Part shown: positions 37,450-48,368 of the stretch, piece by piece
Numbering within the stretch: position 1 is the stretch's first letter
Layout of the letters: each line of letters begins with the position of its first letter
DNA from: a virus
Lineage: Duplodnaviria > Caudoviricetes
Length of the DNA stretch: 54,653 bases
IMG/VR virus record: IMGVR_UViG_3300043446_003430
Span: 1 to 54,653 of that record
Strand: one strand, 5' to 3'
The notes under the pieces: generated by a model
What the model saw: only the letters and a program-made list of their open reading frames with translations
Databases searched by the model: none
What the model was told of the DNA's origin: nothing
Position numbers and translations under genes: made by a program

Positions 37450-38817
37450 TTATAGAGCGACTTGTTTCATATCACCATAGTTGTTTCCAGCATACACTTT
37501 CACTGGAAACTTGTCGCGTTCCATAATAGTCTTTAGTCTTTTTATAGTATCCATCTTATCGTCCTTGTGAGCGTCAAATAGGATGCTATCATATGTGTAT
37601 AGAATAGGTAGCGTCTTTTTGCCTTTTAGGTCATCCAATAGGTCACCTAATACATCTACCGCCATTTCGGTTTCAAAAGCCTGTAGAATGTAATTAAACA
37701 GCTTGTTTGGCGTAGGATCTTGAATATGGCAGTGCTTGATCTTTCTGCCATACTTGGGAGTTTCTATATAACCATTCTGTTCAAAGAACTTCCAGCGATG
37801 GTCGATATACTCCTGCACTTTCTTGAAGTATGGTATATGAATCCACTTCTTGTCGATGCCACCGTATATCTGTGTAAATGTGAATCCTTTGGCGACCGAA
37901 ATGTCTTCGTCGGTTACGTTCTGTTTGTTGAAGTAATGTTTCGCCAGATATGCGTATGGATTCTCACCCGCTTCCATATTGAAGTTGGAAAGATGGGCGA
38001 TAAGACGAGGATGAAAAGCATTATAGTCCATCATCACCAGCATACCATCTTTTCCATATCTGCTCACAAAGCAGTTTCTGCTGCCGTCGTTCTTGTTCAA
38101 CGCAGCATAGTTGACGCCGCCGAAACGATTGGATGGTCTGCCAGTAGATGTCAATAGATTGTATTGAGAAAAAACCAGATTCTTTTTGATGTGTTTGGTT
38201 TGCTCTTCACCAAACGCATCAGTGAAATCATCACTTACACATAGTCCATTGGATTCCAGTTTGGCGAAAAGACTGGTCATCGTGGTATTGGTGAACACAA
38301 ATCCCTTTTCCTTGGTATTATTGACCTGTATGTTCTTTATCTTCTCCACCTGATCAAGAAACATCTTGGCGTGCTTGTATAATGGAACACAAGAGTTCAA
38401 GTTTGGCAGATTCTTGAAGTTGCTGTGCACGAATCTGTGGGCGCTTGTGGTTGGTTTTTCATCCGGAACAATTCCATTTTCCAAAAAGTTATACACATCA
38501 ATGTCAATGAAGTTGCAATCCTCACCAAACAACTGAACTATGCTCTTTTTGTCGGACACGATCTTCTTATGGTAGTTGCTGTCCTTCAACGCTTTCTTGA
38601 TATCAGCCAATGCATTTGGCAGACAAACCGCCTCGTTATGCCTGATGGGAAGACAATAATACAAATCGCTGACAAAGAAGTAGAAGAACAACAATGATAT
38701 ATTATTGTTGGACACGTGCTTGTCCGCATCAGCGCATACATAAGAAATATATGTGCTTTCACGGGCGATGGCGTGTGAAAGGCTTTTGAATTCGTCGTTG
38801 TCTTCTACAATATGCAC
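37450..38817 (-). CDS. Divergent, compact family A DNA polymerase
   Basis: GTG start. TSTGRPSN, motif A DYNAFHPR, motif B AKGFTFTQIYG, FNYILQ, motif C YDS. Confidence 0.8.
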   Translation of the reverse strand: MHIVEDNDEFKSLSHAIARESTYISYVCADADKHVSNNNISLLFFYFFVSDLYYCLPIRHNEAVCLPNALADIKKALKDSNYHKKIVSDKKSIVQLFGEDCNFIDIDVYNFLENGIVPDEKPTTSAHRFVHSNFKNLPNLNSCVPLYKHAKMFLDQVEKIKNIQVNNTKEKGFVFTNTTMTSLFAKLESNGLCVSDDFTDAFGEEQTKHIKKNLVFSQYNLLTSTGRPSNRFGGVNYAALNKNDGSRNCFVSRYGKDGMLVMMDYNAFHPRLIAHLSNFNMEAGENPYAYLAKHYFNKQNVTDEDISVAKGFTFTQIYGGIDKKWIHIPYFKKVQEYIDHRWKFFEQNGYIETPKYGRKIKHCHIQDPTPNKLFNYILQAFETEMAVDVLGDLLDDLKGKKTLPILYTYDSILFDAHKDDKMDTIKRLKTIMERDKFPVKVYAGNNYGDMKQVAL

Positions 38818-38857
38818 ATATCCAATATGTCACATTGCGAAGAAGTGTCAACTTATT

Positions 38858-39247
38858 TTAACTGCCCCGCCAGTATTCAAGAAGGTTTGGTAACGCTGGA
38901 GAAAGGTCAATTCCTTCTTCTTTTATTATTCGGTCTATCTCGAATTTGTTTGAATCTTCCACTCCATTTTTGTCTAATATACCATTCTTGTATACGCTGC
39001 TTTTTGGTCCCGAAATTCTCCATTTTACTGCCACGGCTTTATATAAATATGAATTTGCCGATGTTGCTCCTGTTCGATCCGTTTCTGTTATGATGTTCTC
39101 ATTGATCTTTTTTACAAAATATCTTTCCACAAATCCATCCTTGTAATTTTGATCGCTTGGTAGTTTTTTGTATTTTGACACGTTGGAAGCATTACGTATC
39201 TCCGTGAATACGCCATATGAAGTTGATAATTTTTCATTGTATATCAT
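38858..39247 (-). CDS. Hypothetical protein, tail/baseplate region
   Basis: Start moved to MIYNEK (ATGA overlap). Contains P...NYKDGFVERYFVKK. Confidence 0.6.
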   Translation of the reverse strand: MIYNEKLSTSYGVFTEIRNASNVSKYKKLPSDQNYKDGFVERYFVKKINENIITETDRTGATSANSYLYKAVAVKWRISGPKSSVYKNGILDKNGVEDSNKFEIDRIIKEEGIDLSPALPNLLEYWRGS

Positions 39248-41712
39248 AATACGGTCAGCGGTCTTACTTGGGCGGTGATTGTGGTCGTCCAATTTTTGTC
39301 TTCCACGTTCTGTTTAACGTCCGATATCTGCCATACAGCGGTAGTATAGCTATATTCCGGTGGTACGTGGTCCAAAAGAAATTGGGACAGGAAGTTGATA
39401 CCAGATATTCCCATCAGTTCAATTGTCACTGTTGTGCCCGGCATTATTCCGTTATTTAGATATGGGGCGTTTTTATTAGGTAGTGTCAGATTATAGTTAA
39501 GGAAATCCTTGTATTTTTCGCATATATAATACTTTTTCAAATAACTTTCATCTTTGTTATTTGGATCAGGAACATAATAGATCAGGAAAGATTCGGCGTT
39601 TCCTTCTTCTCTTATTTTACGTTTTCTGTCTTTCGCCGCTTGGGCGTCTTTGACCGCTTTTTCTTTTTGCTTCGTTTCTACTTCGGTTCTTTTCTTTCGC
39701 TGTTCCGGTGTCTCGTTTGTTGGCGTGGATGGAGCATTACTTGATTCTGACTTGTTTGGTAATTCTCCCTTCACATACAATCTGTCTCCAGCTGAGTATC
39801 TGTTTGTTATTGGATTGGCGGCAACATTCTTTGTCTGAGTAGAACCGTCTGGATCTTCGTCTGGATTTGCACTTTGAAACACAAGCTGATTCATCATTTC
39901 TTGGCTGATTTTTACATCAAACGATACAGATTTCATGAATGCGGAATCCAAAGAACCTAATGTTATTATTGGCAGATCCGCCGCATCGTTCTTTGTTGAT
40001 ATTCCAGCCATATTCTCATCATATACCGAGTATGTTTGATTTCCATATTCGGCGGGAATAAGTTTGAGTTGGCATATCTGGCAGAACGCCTCGTTGATTC
40101 CCTGAAGCAATTGTTCTATCATCTTCAGCGCGGAATCGTTGTTCTCGACAATCTTCTTGAAATAATCGGCACTGATGAAAATATCCTTCAAATATCCCCA
40201 GTATCCAGATTTTAACTTTTGCGCAGTCTTACCGCCATCAGCTGGAATGTCCTTGTCTTCATATATCGGAAAGGAATTGCCGCCGGGATTTATTGCTGTT
40301 TTAAGATCATCGAATATGTCTATGTTTCCGAACTCGTATTTTTTTCTCAGAGACTGTATTTTTTCCTTGAACAAGCGTTCATATTCTCCGGAAGGAGGAG
40401 TTGGACTTGGTTTTCCAGGATTTGATTTTTCATTCTGATATGTGAATCTCGGTGCATATCGGTTGGGAATCAACACGTTTGGATTCGAAGATTTCAGGAA
40501 TGGGCTGGCGACCACTACCGTCTCCATTATATCCAACTGCCTAATCGTGGCAGTTTTTGTGCCAACCATTTTTATTTCAAAGAATGCATTGATGATATCC
40601 TGCACCAGATCCATTCTAAGCCAGAATCCATCTTTGTTTTTTGGATGCGTCTTATCCGACATACGAAACACGCGCTCTTTTATATTGTCCTTTGTTCCAA
40701 CTTCAACATAAGGATCCAATCCTTGACCGTCTCGTTCTTCATCATATTCATATATCTTGGTCAACAGCTTGAGATCTTTTCTCTTATTAACATATTCAGG
40801 CTTGTTGGAATCTATGTTGTTGAGGTCATCTTTTACAAACGATCTAAAGTTTTGTAGAGGAGTTCTTGTGTCCCCCTTCTTTTCTGTGACTTCTTTACTG
40901 TGTATTTGCTCTCCTTCTATGAGGCGATTTGCGTTCATTATGGTGGTATGACAATCATAACCACCGGCTTCGTTTAGCTTGAAACTATAATCCGTGATAA
41001 ATCCAAGGCCGGCGTCATAGTTTCCATTTGATTTTTTCACCCATTCTAAAGTGTAACTTGGATCAACAAACATGTTGTTTATCCAGTCCAAATCCGTCAA
41101 GTCAACCAGCGAGATGTTGTCATAATTATTCCATCCCCATTCAACCAAGCACGTGATTCTTGGTGTAAGAAAGTATGGAGCCAGATAGTTCAATTGCGCA
41201 AGAGAATAACATTTCCAGTTGATTGTTATTTTTCTGCACAGATTTGGAAAGCTGGCATTTGATCCGGCCATTTCACAAGACACCGATTCCACGCTCGGAG
41301 GTGGGCGATGTGGAAAATCCATAACTTGTCTGTTTTGGTTGTTCTTGGCATTGCTTACCGATAACAGATGCTCGATTCTATCGTTTGGTATTTTGTGCGG
41401 ATTTCCTCTGGAGTCTACGCCGATTGTTATCTTATTGTCTTGATTGAATCCATTTCGATTAAATCCATAACTGTCATCAAAGCCATACGTTCCTCCCATA
41501 ACAAATCCATCCAATTTTGCTGCTTCTGGATGCCTTGATATTCCATTTGAGAAAAATCTAACCCACGCCGTTCTTGGTCCGCTATATGGTTTTCCATTTT
41601 CCATATTTGGATTTTGGCCGTATTCTTTTGAACGACGATTCAATTCACCTATTATCCACTGAGGAAGTGGATGCAATCCCCAAGGTACTACTGTAACAAT
41701 GTCGTTGGCCAT
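39244..41712 (-). CDS. Putative baseplate hub protein
   Basis: 822 aa, follows the LysM-like gene. PPPSVESV, CLVEWGW, and a C-terminal ITLE..GI...WQI..V...W.T.I pattern typical of hub proteins. Mostly synteny. Confidence 0.55.
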   Translation of the reverse strand: MANDIVTVVPWGLHPLPQWIIGELNRRSKEYGQNPNMENGKPYSGPRTAWVRFFSNGISRHPEAAKLDGFVMGGTYGFDDSYGFNRNGFNQDNKITIGVDSRGNPHKIPNDRIEHLLSVSNAKNNQNRQVMDFPHRPPPSVESVSCEMAGSNASFPNLCRKITINWKCYSLAQLNYLAPYFLTPRITCLVEWGWNNYDNISLVDLTDLDWINNMFVDPSYTLEWVKKSNGNYDAGLGFITDYSFKLNEAGGYDCHTTIMNANRLIEGEQIHSKEVTEKKGDTRTPLQNFRSFVKDDLNNIDSNKPEYVNKRKDLKLLTKIYEYDEERDGQGLDPYVEVGTKDNIKERVFRMSDKTHPKNKDGFWLRMDLVQDIINAFFEIKMVGTKTATIRQLDIMETVVVASPFLKSSNPNVLIPNRYAPRFTYQNEKSNPGKPSPTPPSGEYERLFKEKIQSLRKKYEFGNIDIFDDLKTAINPGGNSFPIYEDKDIPADGGKTAQKLKSGYWGYLKDIFISADYFKKIVENNDSALKMIEQLLQGINEAFCQICQLKLIPAEYGNQTYSVYDENMAGISTKNDAADLPIITLGSLDSAFMKSVSFDVKISQEMMNQLVFQSANPDEDPDGSTQTKNVAANPITNRYSAGDRLYVKGELPNKSESSNAPSTPTNETPEQRKKRTEVETKQKEKAVKDAQAAKDRKRKIREEGNAESFLIYYVPDPNNKDESYLKKYYICEKYKDFLNYNLTLPNKNAPYLNNGIMPGTTVTIELMGISGINFLSQFLLDHVPPEYSYTTAVWQISDVKQNVEDKNWTTTITAQVRPLTVL

Positions 41713-41713
41713 A

Positions 41714-42016
41714 TTATGTATTATTTTCTCGCTTGAAGCTTAAAACAATATTATCTATATTTTGAGGTATGCGAATTTGTTGTCCTGTCGGTGCTTTCAT
41801 CGTGGCAGATATACCATTTGCTTGCGCAATGACCCACCATAGGGTCTGATCTTTATAAAATTTATATGCGAGACTGTCAAGAAAATCCGTCTCACTAGCG
41901 ACAATATATATGTCATTGAATCCGACCGGAATCTTTGGATAACGAGTTGTTCTATAAACTCGCTTGCCGTCATATCTCTTAAATACATTTCCTTCTGATT
42001 GAGTATATCTGTTCAT
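41714..42016 (-). CDS. LysM-like baseplate wedge protein (gp53/TailX-like)
   Basis: Start moved to MNRYTQ. D.LDSLAYKFY.D.TLWWVIAQAN...GQQIRIP. Confidence 0.8.
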   Translation of the reverse strand: MNRYTQSEGNVFKRYDGKRVYRTTRYPKIPVGFNDIYIVASETDFLDSLAYKFYKDQTLWWVIAQANGISATMKAPTGQQIRIPQNIDNIVLSFKRENNT

Positions 42017-44103
42017 TCTAGTGTATTCTCCCATCCGTCCATCGGACCAAAGATGCTATTTCCTACCAAAGATCGTTCTCTTTCGATTATGGACAATTGC
42101 ACAGACACATCAACAATCGTAGGAAGCTGTCTTGAATATGCGGCAACAGACAATTTTTTATCTGTCCCGTATATATACTGATAGTTGTCGTCTCTTAATG
42201 TTTCCCACTGAGCATCATCCGGTATTGTAATATTAACACTTCTTAATATACCAGGTTGATCGACATACATATCGCCAATTCTGAATTCTATCATCGGAGG
42301 ATATATAAATCCACTCTCTGCCCCAGTTGTTTCCTGCGAATCTTCATTCACATTCGTTACCGTCGCCCTACCCGTATATTTACTTGGCTTGGTGAGTCCT
42401 GCCAGATAGTTGACTCTATTCCACATAGGAATAAGTTCAAGTATGCTGTTGGCATATACTCTAAAATTAAAGCTTACTTCTCTCGAAAATCCTTTGTAAA
42501 TGAACAACTTGTCCGCTCTTCCTATATACTTAATATCTTCCCAATCTGGACTATGTTGGTCACTTATGCTTCCGAGTGTTGCCCTGAAAGGAATATACTT
42601 CTGGTTGATAAGATCATAGAAATAAAAAAAGATCAGATCTTTTGATTGTGTTGTGCTTTCGTTTATGAACAACTTGTCCTGTTCATTTTTGTCCAATACA
42701 TCCAAAATATTATACTCGTCAACTGTTCCAAACTCTTTGTCTTTTTTGCTGGCCTTTGCGAATCCTCGGTTGTCGATGTTTATGGCGTTTACCACATCAC
42801 CTTCTTCTCGCAAATATTGTAAGAATGGTCCATCAGCTATACCCGACTTTTTTACGGCAGTGCTTGTTCCTGGTATTGACTCATAATTATTTAAATTTGT
42901 TACTCCAATATCTTCATTTTGCGTGTATCTTTCAGCGGATGCTCTAAATTGAGGAGCTTGCTTTGTATCAGAAAGCAACTTCATCATTCGTTCATATTTA
43001 CTTTTTAGATTGTCTTGATCAACTTTTCCAGTGGAATTATTGTATGTAAAATCCGTATATCCTATACTGTCATTTTGTATTCGCTGAGTAGAAGTATATT
43101 CCGTGGATTTGTTTTCTGGATCTGTTCTTGATGGGTAATATTTATGAAAATTACTTGGACCAAGGTCGCCCGTTGGTCTTGTTCCTCCAGAATTTTGTCC
43201 GGTTCTTGCATAGGCATCATTGTAAAAAAGTTGAGGTTGTCTGAATTGCGGGGTCTTCATCAACCCAGCCTTATCTTCCAAAAATGCATAATAAATTCCA
43301 TTTTTTCCTGTTCCGTATTCTGGTCTATATTTCCAAGTTTCTCCAGTGCTGCCACCAAATGCACCCAGAGGGTTTGTGCTTGGTATCATTTTGCGAAGCT
43401 TATCAACCAATCCGCTGGCAAGTCTACTTAAAAATCCACCAGCGGCTTCGTTTTTTTCGCCATTTGATGCCCATATTGTTTCAAAATTTGATATAGAGTT
43501 TGCGCCGGTTTGATATCTCATCAGTCCATATCTTGCCGACCCTTTTTTATCCGCGTAGTTGGCGAATGGACCAGAAGCCGTTCCTTCTATTTTGTTTTGA
43601 GACAAACTCTTGGATTCCATACCAAACGTGCTAAGTAATGCATCTTTGAAGAAATTCAGTAATCCTCCACTTGTTTCCAGATGTCTTTGTGGATAACCAA
43701 TTGCTCCAAGAGAAGTTGGTTTTGCGGTTGCTTTCAGCAAACTTAGCGGGTTGTATATTCTGGTTTCATTGAACGGATTCTGCTGTTGTAGCAGCAGTTG
43801 CTTGCCCAAATATATTACTCCACTTTTGCTGAGTGAAAACTTCGTCATTCTTTGAACGTCTCTTATTGTAGAACCAAGTGGAAGTGCCTGAGTATCGTAT
43901 GCAGTAAGGCTTTTTGATAATCTAGAATCTGTAAGTTTTACATACACATATGGCTGGTCAAATCCAATCTGCCCACCAGCTTGATAATATGGACTATACT
44001 TGTTATATATGCTGTTTTCGTTCTTTTGGAACGCAATCACATTCTGAGAAGGCGTACTTCTTTGTATTGGTGATAATGGAGCTAGAAATGTGTTATCTGC
44101 CAT
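42013..44103 (-). CDS. Baseplate / tail-tube initiator-like protein
   Basis: C-terminal FRATLGSISD..SPDW..IKYIGRAD..IYKGFSREVSFNF...PP.I.FRIGD tube-fold-like region. Located between the tape measure and LysM genes. Confidence 0.6.
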   Translation of the reverse strand: MADNTFLAPLSPIQRSTPSQNVIAFQKNENSIYNKYSPYYQAGGQIGFDQPYVYVKLTDSRLSKSLTAYDTQALPLGSTIRDVQRMTKFSLSKSGVIYLGKQLLLQQQNPFNETRIYNPLSLLKATAKPTSLGAIGYPQRHLETSGGLLNFFKDALLSTFGMESKSLSQNKIEGTASGPFANYADKKGSARYGLMRYQTGANSISNFETIWASNGEKNEAAGGFLSRLASGLVDKLRKMIPSTNPLGAFGGSTGETWKYRPEYGTGKNGIYYAFLEDKAGLMKTPQFRQPQLFYNDAYARTGQNSGGTRPTGDLGPSNFHKYYPSRTDPENKSTEYTSTQRIQNDSIGYTDFTYNNSTGKVDQDNLKSKYERMMKLLSDTKQAPQFRASAERYTQNEDIGVTNLNNYESIPGTSTAVKKSGIADGPFLQYLREEGDVVNAINIDNRGFAKASKKDKEFGTVDEYNILDVLDKNEQDKLFINESTTQSKDLIFFYFYDLINQKYIPFRATLGSISDQHSPDWEDIKYIGRADKLFIYKGFSREVSFNFRVYANSILELIPMWNRVNYLAGLTKPSKYTGRATVTNVNEDSQETTGAESGFIYPPMIEFRIGDMYVDQPGILRSVNITIPDDAQWETLRDDNYQYIYGTDKKLSVAAYSRQLPTIVDVSVQLSIIERERSLVGNSIFGPMDGWENTLE

Positions 44104-44107
44104 AAAG

Positions 44108-44115
44108 TATAAATA
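44108..44115 (-). promoter_or_regulatory. Candidate late promoter TATTTATA (representative copy)
   Basis: 4 nt before the ATG at 44103. The same octamer occurs before several other structural/late genes. Confidence 0.65.
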
Positions 44116-47100
44116 TTAGGATGTTTGGGCTATTGCTTTTGATACTTTGATGCCGTCTACATAAACCGCAACTTTTCCTCCAACAAGCGCTTCGTGTATA
44201 GCGTCTAGTTTTTCCACAATTCCATCTCCACCACCAGTTCCACCGGCAGTTGCTCCTCCGCCGCCTCCTGTAATGTTTGATGCAGCAGTCATTGCTGCTA
44301 TTGCAGTCAATTTCAATAGACTGGTTTTCTCCAGTTCGTCGTTCATTTTGCCAATAGAAACCGTCAATACGTCTATCGATTTTGCAAATGCATCTACTTC
44401 ATTAAATTTTTGAAACGCGGATGATAACATATTAATTGCCGATGCAGTAATAAGTAAATCAGGACCAACTTTTGCCAATCTTTCCATTTTTGCAATTGGG
44501 TCTCCTCCAAGAAGATTTCCCACAAAAGAACCAAGACCTGCTCCAGCAGAGCCTGCCCCAAATGCCGCGAGTGCAGCTCCGATGGCTCCAATACCCAATG
44601 CGGTTTTGGTTAAATCAATTTCCGATAGTCTTAATATAGGATCTACGGCACCGGATATTCCTTCTCCCAGCAATTTAATTCCAAATCCTGCGGCAATTGC
44701 GGCTACTCCGAATGGTATAAGAGCCATACCTAATGCAGCTATTCCAAGCACACCAGCGCCAAAAACAACTGCTCCAGCACCTGTAGATAATAACAACCCA
44801 AGCCCAAACGCCGCTGCGGTAAACCCTACAAGTGCAAGTGCACCTATTCCAACTGCCGACCAATCAACATCTGCAAACATTTTCATAGCAAACGCAAACG
44901 GAATTATTGATGCGCCAACAAGTGCAATTCCTAATGCACCTTTCAATACATTCGTATTTCCAAAATAACTAATACCTTTTGCTACATACTTCATGAATGT
45001 GGCAATTCCTTTTCCAAGAGAAGACCCAAGTCCTCCGCCAGATTTTCCAATCTTTGATGCGCCTTCTACTGCTTTACCAGCGCTACCTAGTCCGCCGAGT
45101 CCAGGTATTTTTGAAAGACCGGTTTTCAATAGACCAAATGATCCAGACAGTGCTTTTCCGATTCCTCCAAACCCAAGTTTTCCAGCAAATAAAATACCCA
45201 GCAGTCCAACTCCGCCACCAATCATTTTAGCGGATTCCGACCATCCTTCGAAACTTTTTCCGATATCTCCAACGTATTCTCCAATTTTTTGTAATGGAAT
45301 TACCATATACTTCAACAAAGGAATTATAGTAACTTTCAATACTGCTACCATTGCTTTAAACAATGGAACCACAAAGTCAGATAAAGCGGTTATTACTGGT
45401 TCAAGAATATCGGCAAATGCTATGGAAAGAGAATCCATTATGTTTTTAAGCTTCGTCATCACACCCTGCATCTTTTGCTGTGCCAGTGCTTTTTGATTTT
45501 GGCGAATAAGATCCTTTTCGTCCTCTTCGCTTCTTTCTTTCATCTTTTTGAGTTCTTCTTCCTGCATCAGCAATTGCTGACGTTTTTCTTCGTCCGCTCC
45601 GTTCAATATTTCATCGCGTTGTTTTTCTACAGCCAACGCCTTTGAAAGATCTTTTAGTTCCATACCAGCAGCCTTAGCAAGTTGCTCGCGCTGATAAACG
45701 TTCATCTTTTCAAAATCTCCGGATTTTTTTACCGTTTCCAAAGTCGCCTTTAATGCTTCATCAGACTTTCCTTCGTATGCAAGTTGGCGGGCTTTTTGGA
45801 ATGAAATGCTCTTGCCAAGCAATGCGCTAAGTTCAAGCTCGTCGTTTATACTGGATGTAAAATCAAGAAGCTTTCTTTGCGATGCTGCAATCTTGTTGAT
45901 ATCCAGTCCAAGCGCTCTTGCCGCAATGGCTGCTTTCATCAACTTTGCTGGTGAGCCGCCGATCATGTTGATGGTGGTTTCTGATGCTTTAGCCACGTCA
46001 TCCATTACTTTAGCAAACGGTACTCCTGTTTTTTCAGAAAGAACAGAGCCAAGCTTTATGGTATCAAACGCAGCCGCCTCGGAAGACTTTCCAATACCCA
46101 TAAAATTCTCAAGAACTTGCGCAGAAACTTCTTCAGCAACCCCAAGGTTCTGTGAAAGCAGAGAAACATTCATCATCGCGTCCTTGCTGATTAGTGATGC
46201 TCTACCAAAAACATTAGCAAGTGCCGCAGCAGATTTATATGCTTGCTCTATGGACACGCCCATATCAGCAAATTGAACATTTATTTCTTCGGCATACTTT
46301 CTGATATGCGCCATTTGCCCAACAGTAAATCCGGTGGTTCTTCTAAAATCTTCAGCCGCTTTATCAAGCGCCACAAAACGTTCATATGCCATCTGAATCA
46401 ATTTCAGAAGATTTAGTTGAGCTTGTAGTTTGTTTATTTTTCCAAGCAATTTTGCTCTTTCTTCGTGTAAGTTATTTAATCTATATTCTCGTTTTTTAGT
46501 ATCTTCTTGAAGTGCCGTGCGTTGAGCCACCATTTGTCCAAGCCGTTCTTCGATTCCCATTCTATCTTTTTGCGTTTTTTTGAGGTCTTCTTCTAAATTT
46601 GCACTTACTCCTTCCAATTCCAGTCTTCGTTTTTTCGCAGCATTAAAGTTATCAGCAAAAAGTTCTGCTTTTCTTACCGAGTCCTCATATGCATCTTGCT
46701 GTTTAATCAAACGTTTTCCTACCGACTCTCTTTCCTGTAACAAAGCATTTTGGGTTTTTTCGGATTCTGTATTTTTCTTGGATAAAAGTGCTGCTTGTAT
46801 TTTGGCTTTATGAATTCGTTCTTCTATTATGGCTCTTTCATGGTAGTCACTTGTAGATTGAAGCTCCGCTGCCAAATCGGTCTGCAATCTTGCATTTTCC
46901 GCAATTTGTAATCCTAGCTGAAATCTTTCGTTTGCATTTTTTAATATGTCGTCGTCTATTCTTTTAAGTGTGTATTTTGTTTTTAATATGTGTTGCTCCA
47001 ACACTTCTTGTTTTTTTAATTCTGAATTTAACGCGCTCTCAATTTCTTTCTCTTGCCGAACCATGTCGGCTATTTCTGCTTTAATTTCACTTATCTGGGC

Positions 47101-47421
47101 TGTCAGGCTCAGTTCTTGACGAGCAAGTTGTGCAATTTCTTTTTCGTCTTCCGCAATTTGCGCAGTGAGTGCGCTTATTTGCGCATTGTTTGATTCAATT
47201 TGTCGAGTGTGTAATAGTATTTCAGCGTCGATTCCTCTCAATTTTTGTTGCTCTTTATTTAATTTATCATATGTTTCGCCATATGCTCTATTGAGTTTTT
47301 TGGCTAAATCAAAAGTATCTTCCAGCGTCTGGTAAAAGTCGCGTGCAATTTTATTAGATTCGTCCATCGAATCACGAATCTTTAAAAATTGTTCAACGTC
47401 TTCTTTTTTGATGTCTGCCAT
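44116..47421 (-). CDS. Tail tape measure protein
   Basis: 1101 aa: long coiled coil, then Gly/Ala-rich hydrophobic repeats, ending in VAVYVDGIKV. Lies downstream of the tube and chaperone genes. Confidence 0.85.
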   Translation of the reverse strand: MADIKKEDVEQFLKIRDSMDESNKIARDFYQTLEDTFDLAKKLNRAYGETYDKLNKEQQKLRGIDAEILLHTRQIESNNAQISALTAQIAEDEKEIAQLARQELSLTAQISEIKAEIADMVRQEKEIESALNSELKKQEVLEQHILKTKYTLKRIDDDILKNANERFQLGLQIAENARLQTDLAAELQSTSDYHERAIIEERIHKAKIQAALLSKKNTESEKTQNALLQERESVGKRLIKQQDAYEDSVRKAELFADNFNAAKKRRLELEGVSANLEEDLKKTQKDRMGIEERLGQMVAQRTALQEDTKKREYRLNNLHEERAKLLGKINKLQAQLNLLKLIQMAYERFVALDKAAEDFRRTTGFTVGQMAHIRKYAEEINVQFADMGVSIEQAYKSAAALANVFGRASLISKDAMMNVSLLSQNLGVAEEVSAQVLENFMGIGKSSEAAAFDTIKLGSVLSEKTGVPFAKVMDDVAKASETTINMIGGSPAKLMKAAIAARALGLDINKIAASQRKLLDFTSSINDELELSALLGKSISFQKARQLAYEGKSDEALKATLETVKKSGDFEKMNVYQREQLAKAAGMELKDLSKALAVEKQRDEILNGADEEKRQQLLMQEEELKKMKERSEEDEKDLIRQNQKALAQQKMQGVMTKLKNIMDSLSIAFADILEPVITALSDFVVPLFKAMVAVLKVTIIPLLKYMVIPLQKIGEYVGDIGKSFEGWSESAKMIGGGVGLLGILFAGKLGFGGIGKALSGSFGLLKTGLSKIPGLGGLGSAGKAVEGASKIGKSGGGLGSSLGKGIATFMKYVAKGISYFGNTNVLKGALGIALVGASIIPFAFAMKMFADVDWSAVGIGALALVGFTAAAFGLGLLLSTGAGAVVFGAGVLGIAALGMALIPFGVAAIAAGFGIKLLGEGISGAVDPILRLSEIDLTKTALGIGAIGAALAAFGAGSAGAGLGSFVGNLLGGDPIAKMERLAKVGPDLLITASAINMLSSAFQKFNEVDAFAKSIDVLTVSIGKMNDELEKTSLLKLTAIAAMTAASNITGGGGGATAGGTGGGDGIVEKLDAIHEALVGGKVAVYVDGIKVSKAIAQTS

Positions 47422-47453
47422 ATATCAGGTTATATTATAAATATATCCGGAAC

Positions 47454-48368
47454 TCATCTTTTTACCGTTGGCGGACGAGCAATCTTGGATGGTCCATTAC
47501 CCTTGGAAGCCGCTTCATTCGCCTCTTTTTCCGCCTTTTTAGCATCAACAAGCTTTTTTATATAAAAACTGCGTAAATTTGTCGGCATATTATAAACTCC
47601 CTGTTGTGTAAAAGCACCATTGCTATAATAACAAAGGTCGAATATTTCAGAATGTATGGCTAGTTTGCTCTCTGGTCCTATTCCGAATATCTCCGTATTT
47701 ATCTCCATCTTGGACTTTTTGACTGCCTTGCAGGATGGACAATTGGTTTGCATACCTGTTTGATAACCGGGTGTGTTCTTGTCAAAAAATGCCCTGAATG
47801 CGCCACTGTCGCTGGCTGGTAGTATATCGTCGTAAAAATTTTCTATGTCGTCCACGCCTTCTATAGACAATGTTATGACCTTGGCGAATGTCAGCCAGCC
47901 ATATTCTTCGTAAATATTATACTCTTTTACAGTAGGAAGTTTATAAGATATGGTTTTGTTGGCTTTGGTAAACTTGTATTCAAGCTTATTTAAGCCACGG
48001 GTATATCTTGAAAAATCAAATGGCTTGGATCGAAAGCCAAATGACATATCGAATTCAAAGTCGGCTTCACAATCGTCGCAGCGAGCCTTAAGTTTTGCTC
48101 CAGCCCCATAATTTGCTATTCTAAGATTAAGAAGTATAGATTCTCTATCACAGTTTAACAAATTTTCATAGTCCAACTCGCCATCCACTATACTGGTTAA
48201 AAACTCCTTATCAACGAGCTTGCGCTTGATAAGATTTACGTTACCCAACAATTCTTCATGTTGAGCGGTGATAGGGAATATTCTTATTTTACCGGACGAT
48301 AATGGATGCTCTACAGGATAAAAATATCCTTCCGACGCAAGGTCAATTATCTCTGATTGCAACTTCAC
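47454..48368 (-). CDS. T4 gp26-like hub/tail assembly chaperone paralog 2, with a fused C-terminal gp51/GT-like domain
   Basis: IDLASEGYFYP..HPLSSG, TAQHEELL, CDDC, CPSC, then IHSEIFDLCYYSNGAFT...YNMPTNLRSFYIKKL. GTG start overlaps the paralog's stop. Confidence 0.7.
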   Translation of the reverse strand: MKLQSEIIDLASEGYFYPVEHPLSSGKIRIFPITAQHEELLGNVNLIKRKLVDKEFLTSIVDGELDYENLLNCDRESILLNLRIANYGAGAKLKARCDDCEADFEFDMSFGFRSKPFDFSRYTRGLNKLEYKFTKANKTISYKLPTVKEYNIYEEYGWLTFAKVITLSIEGVDDIENFYDDILPASDSGAFRAFFDKNTPGYQTGMQTNCPSCKAVKKSKMEINTEIFGIGPESKLAIHSEIFDLCYYSNGAFTQQGVYNMPTNLRSFYIKKLVDAKKAEKEANEAASKGNGPSKIARPPTVKR

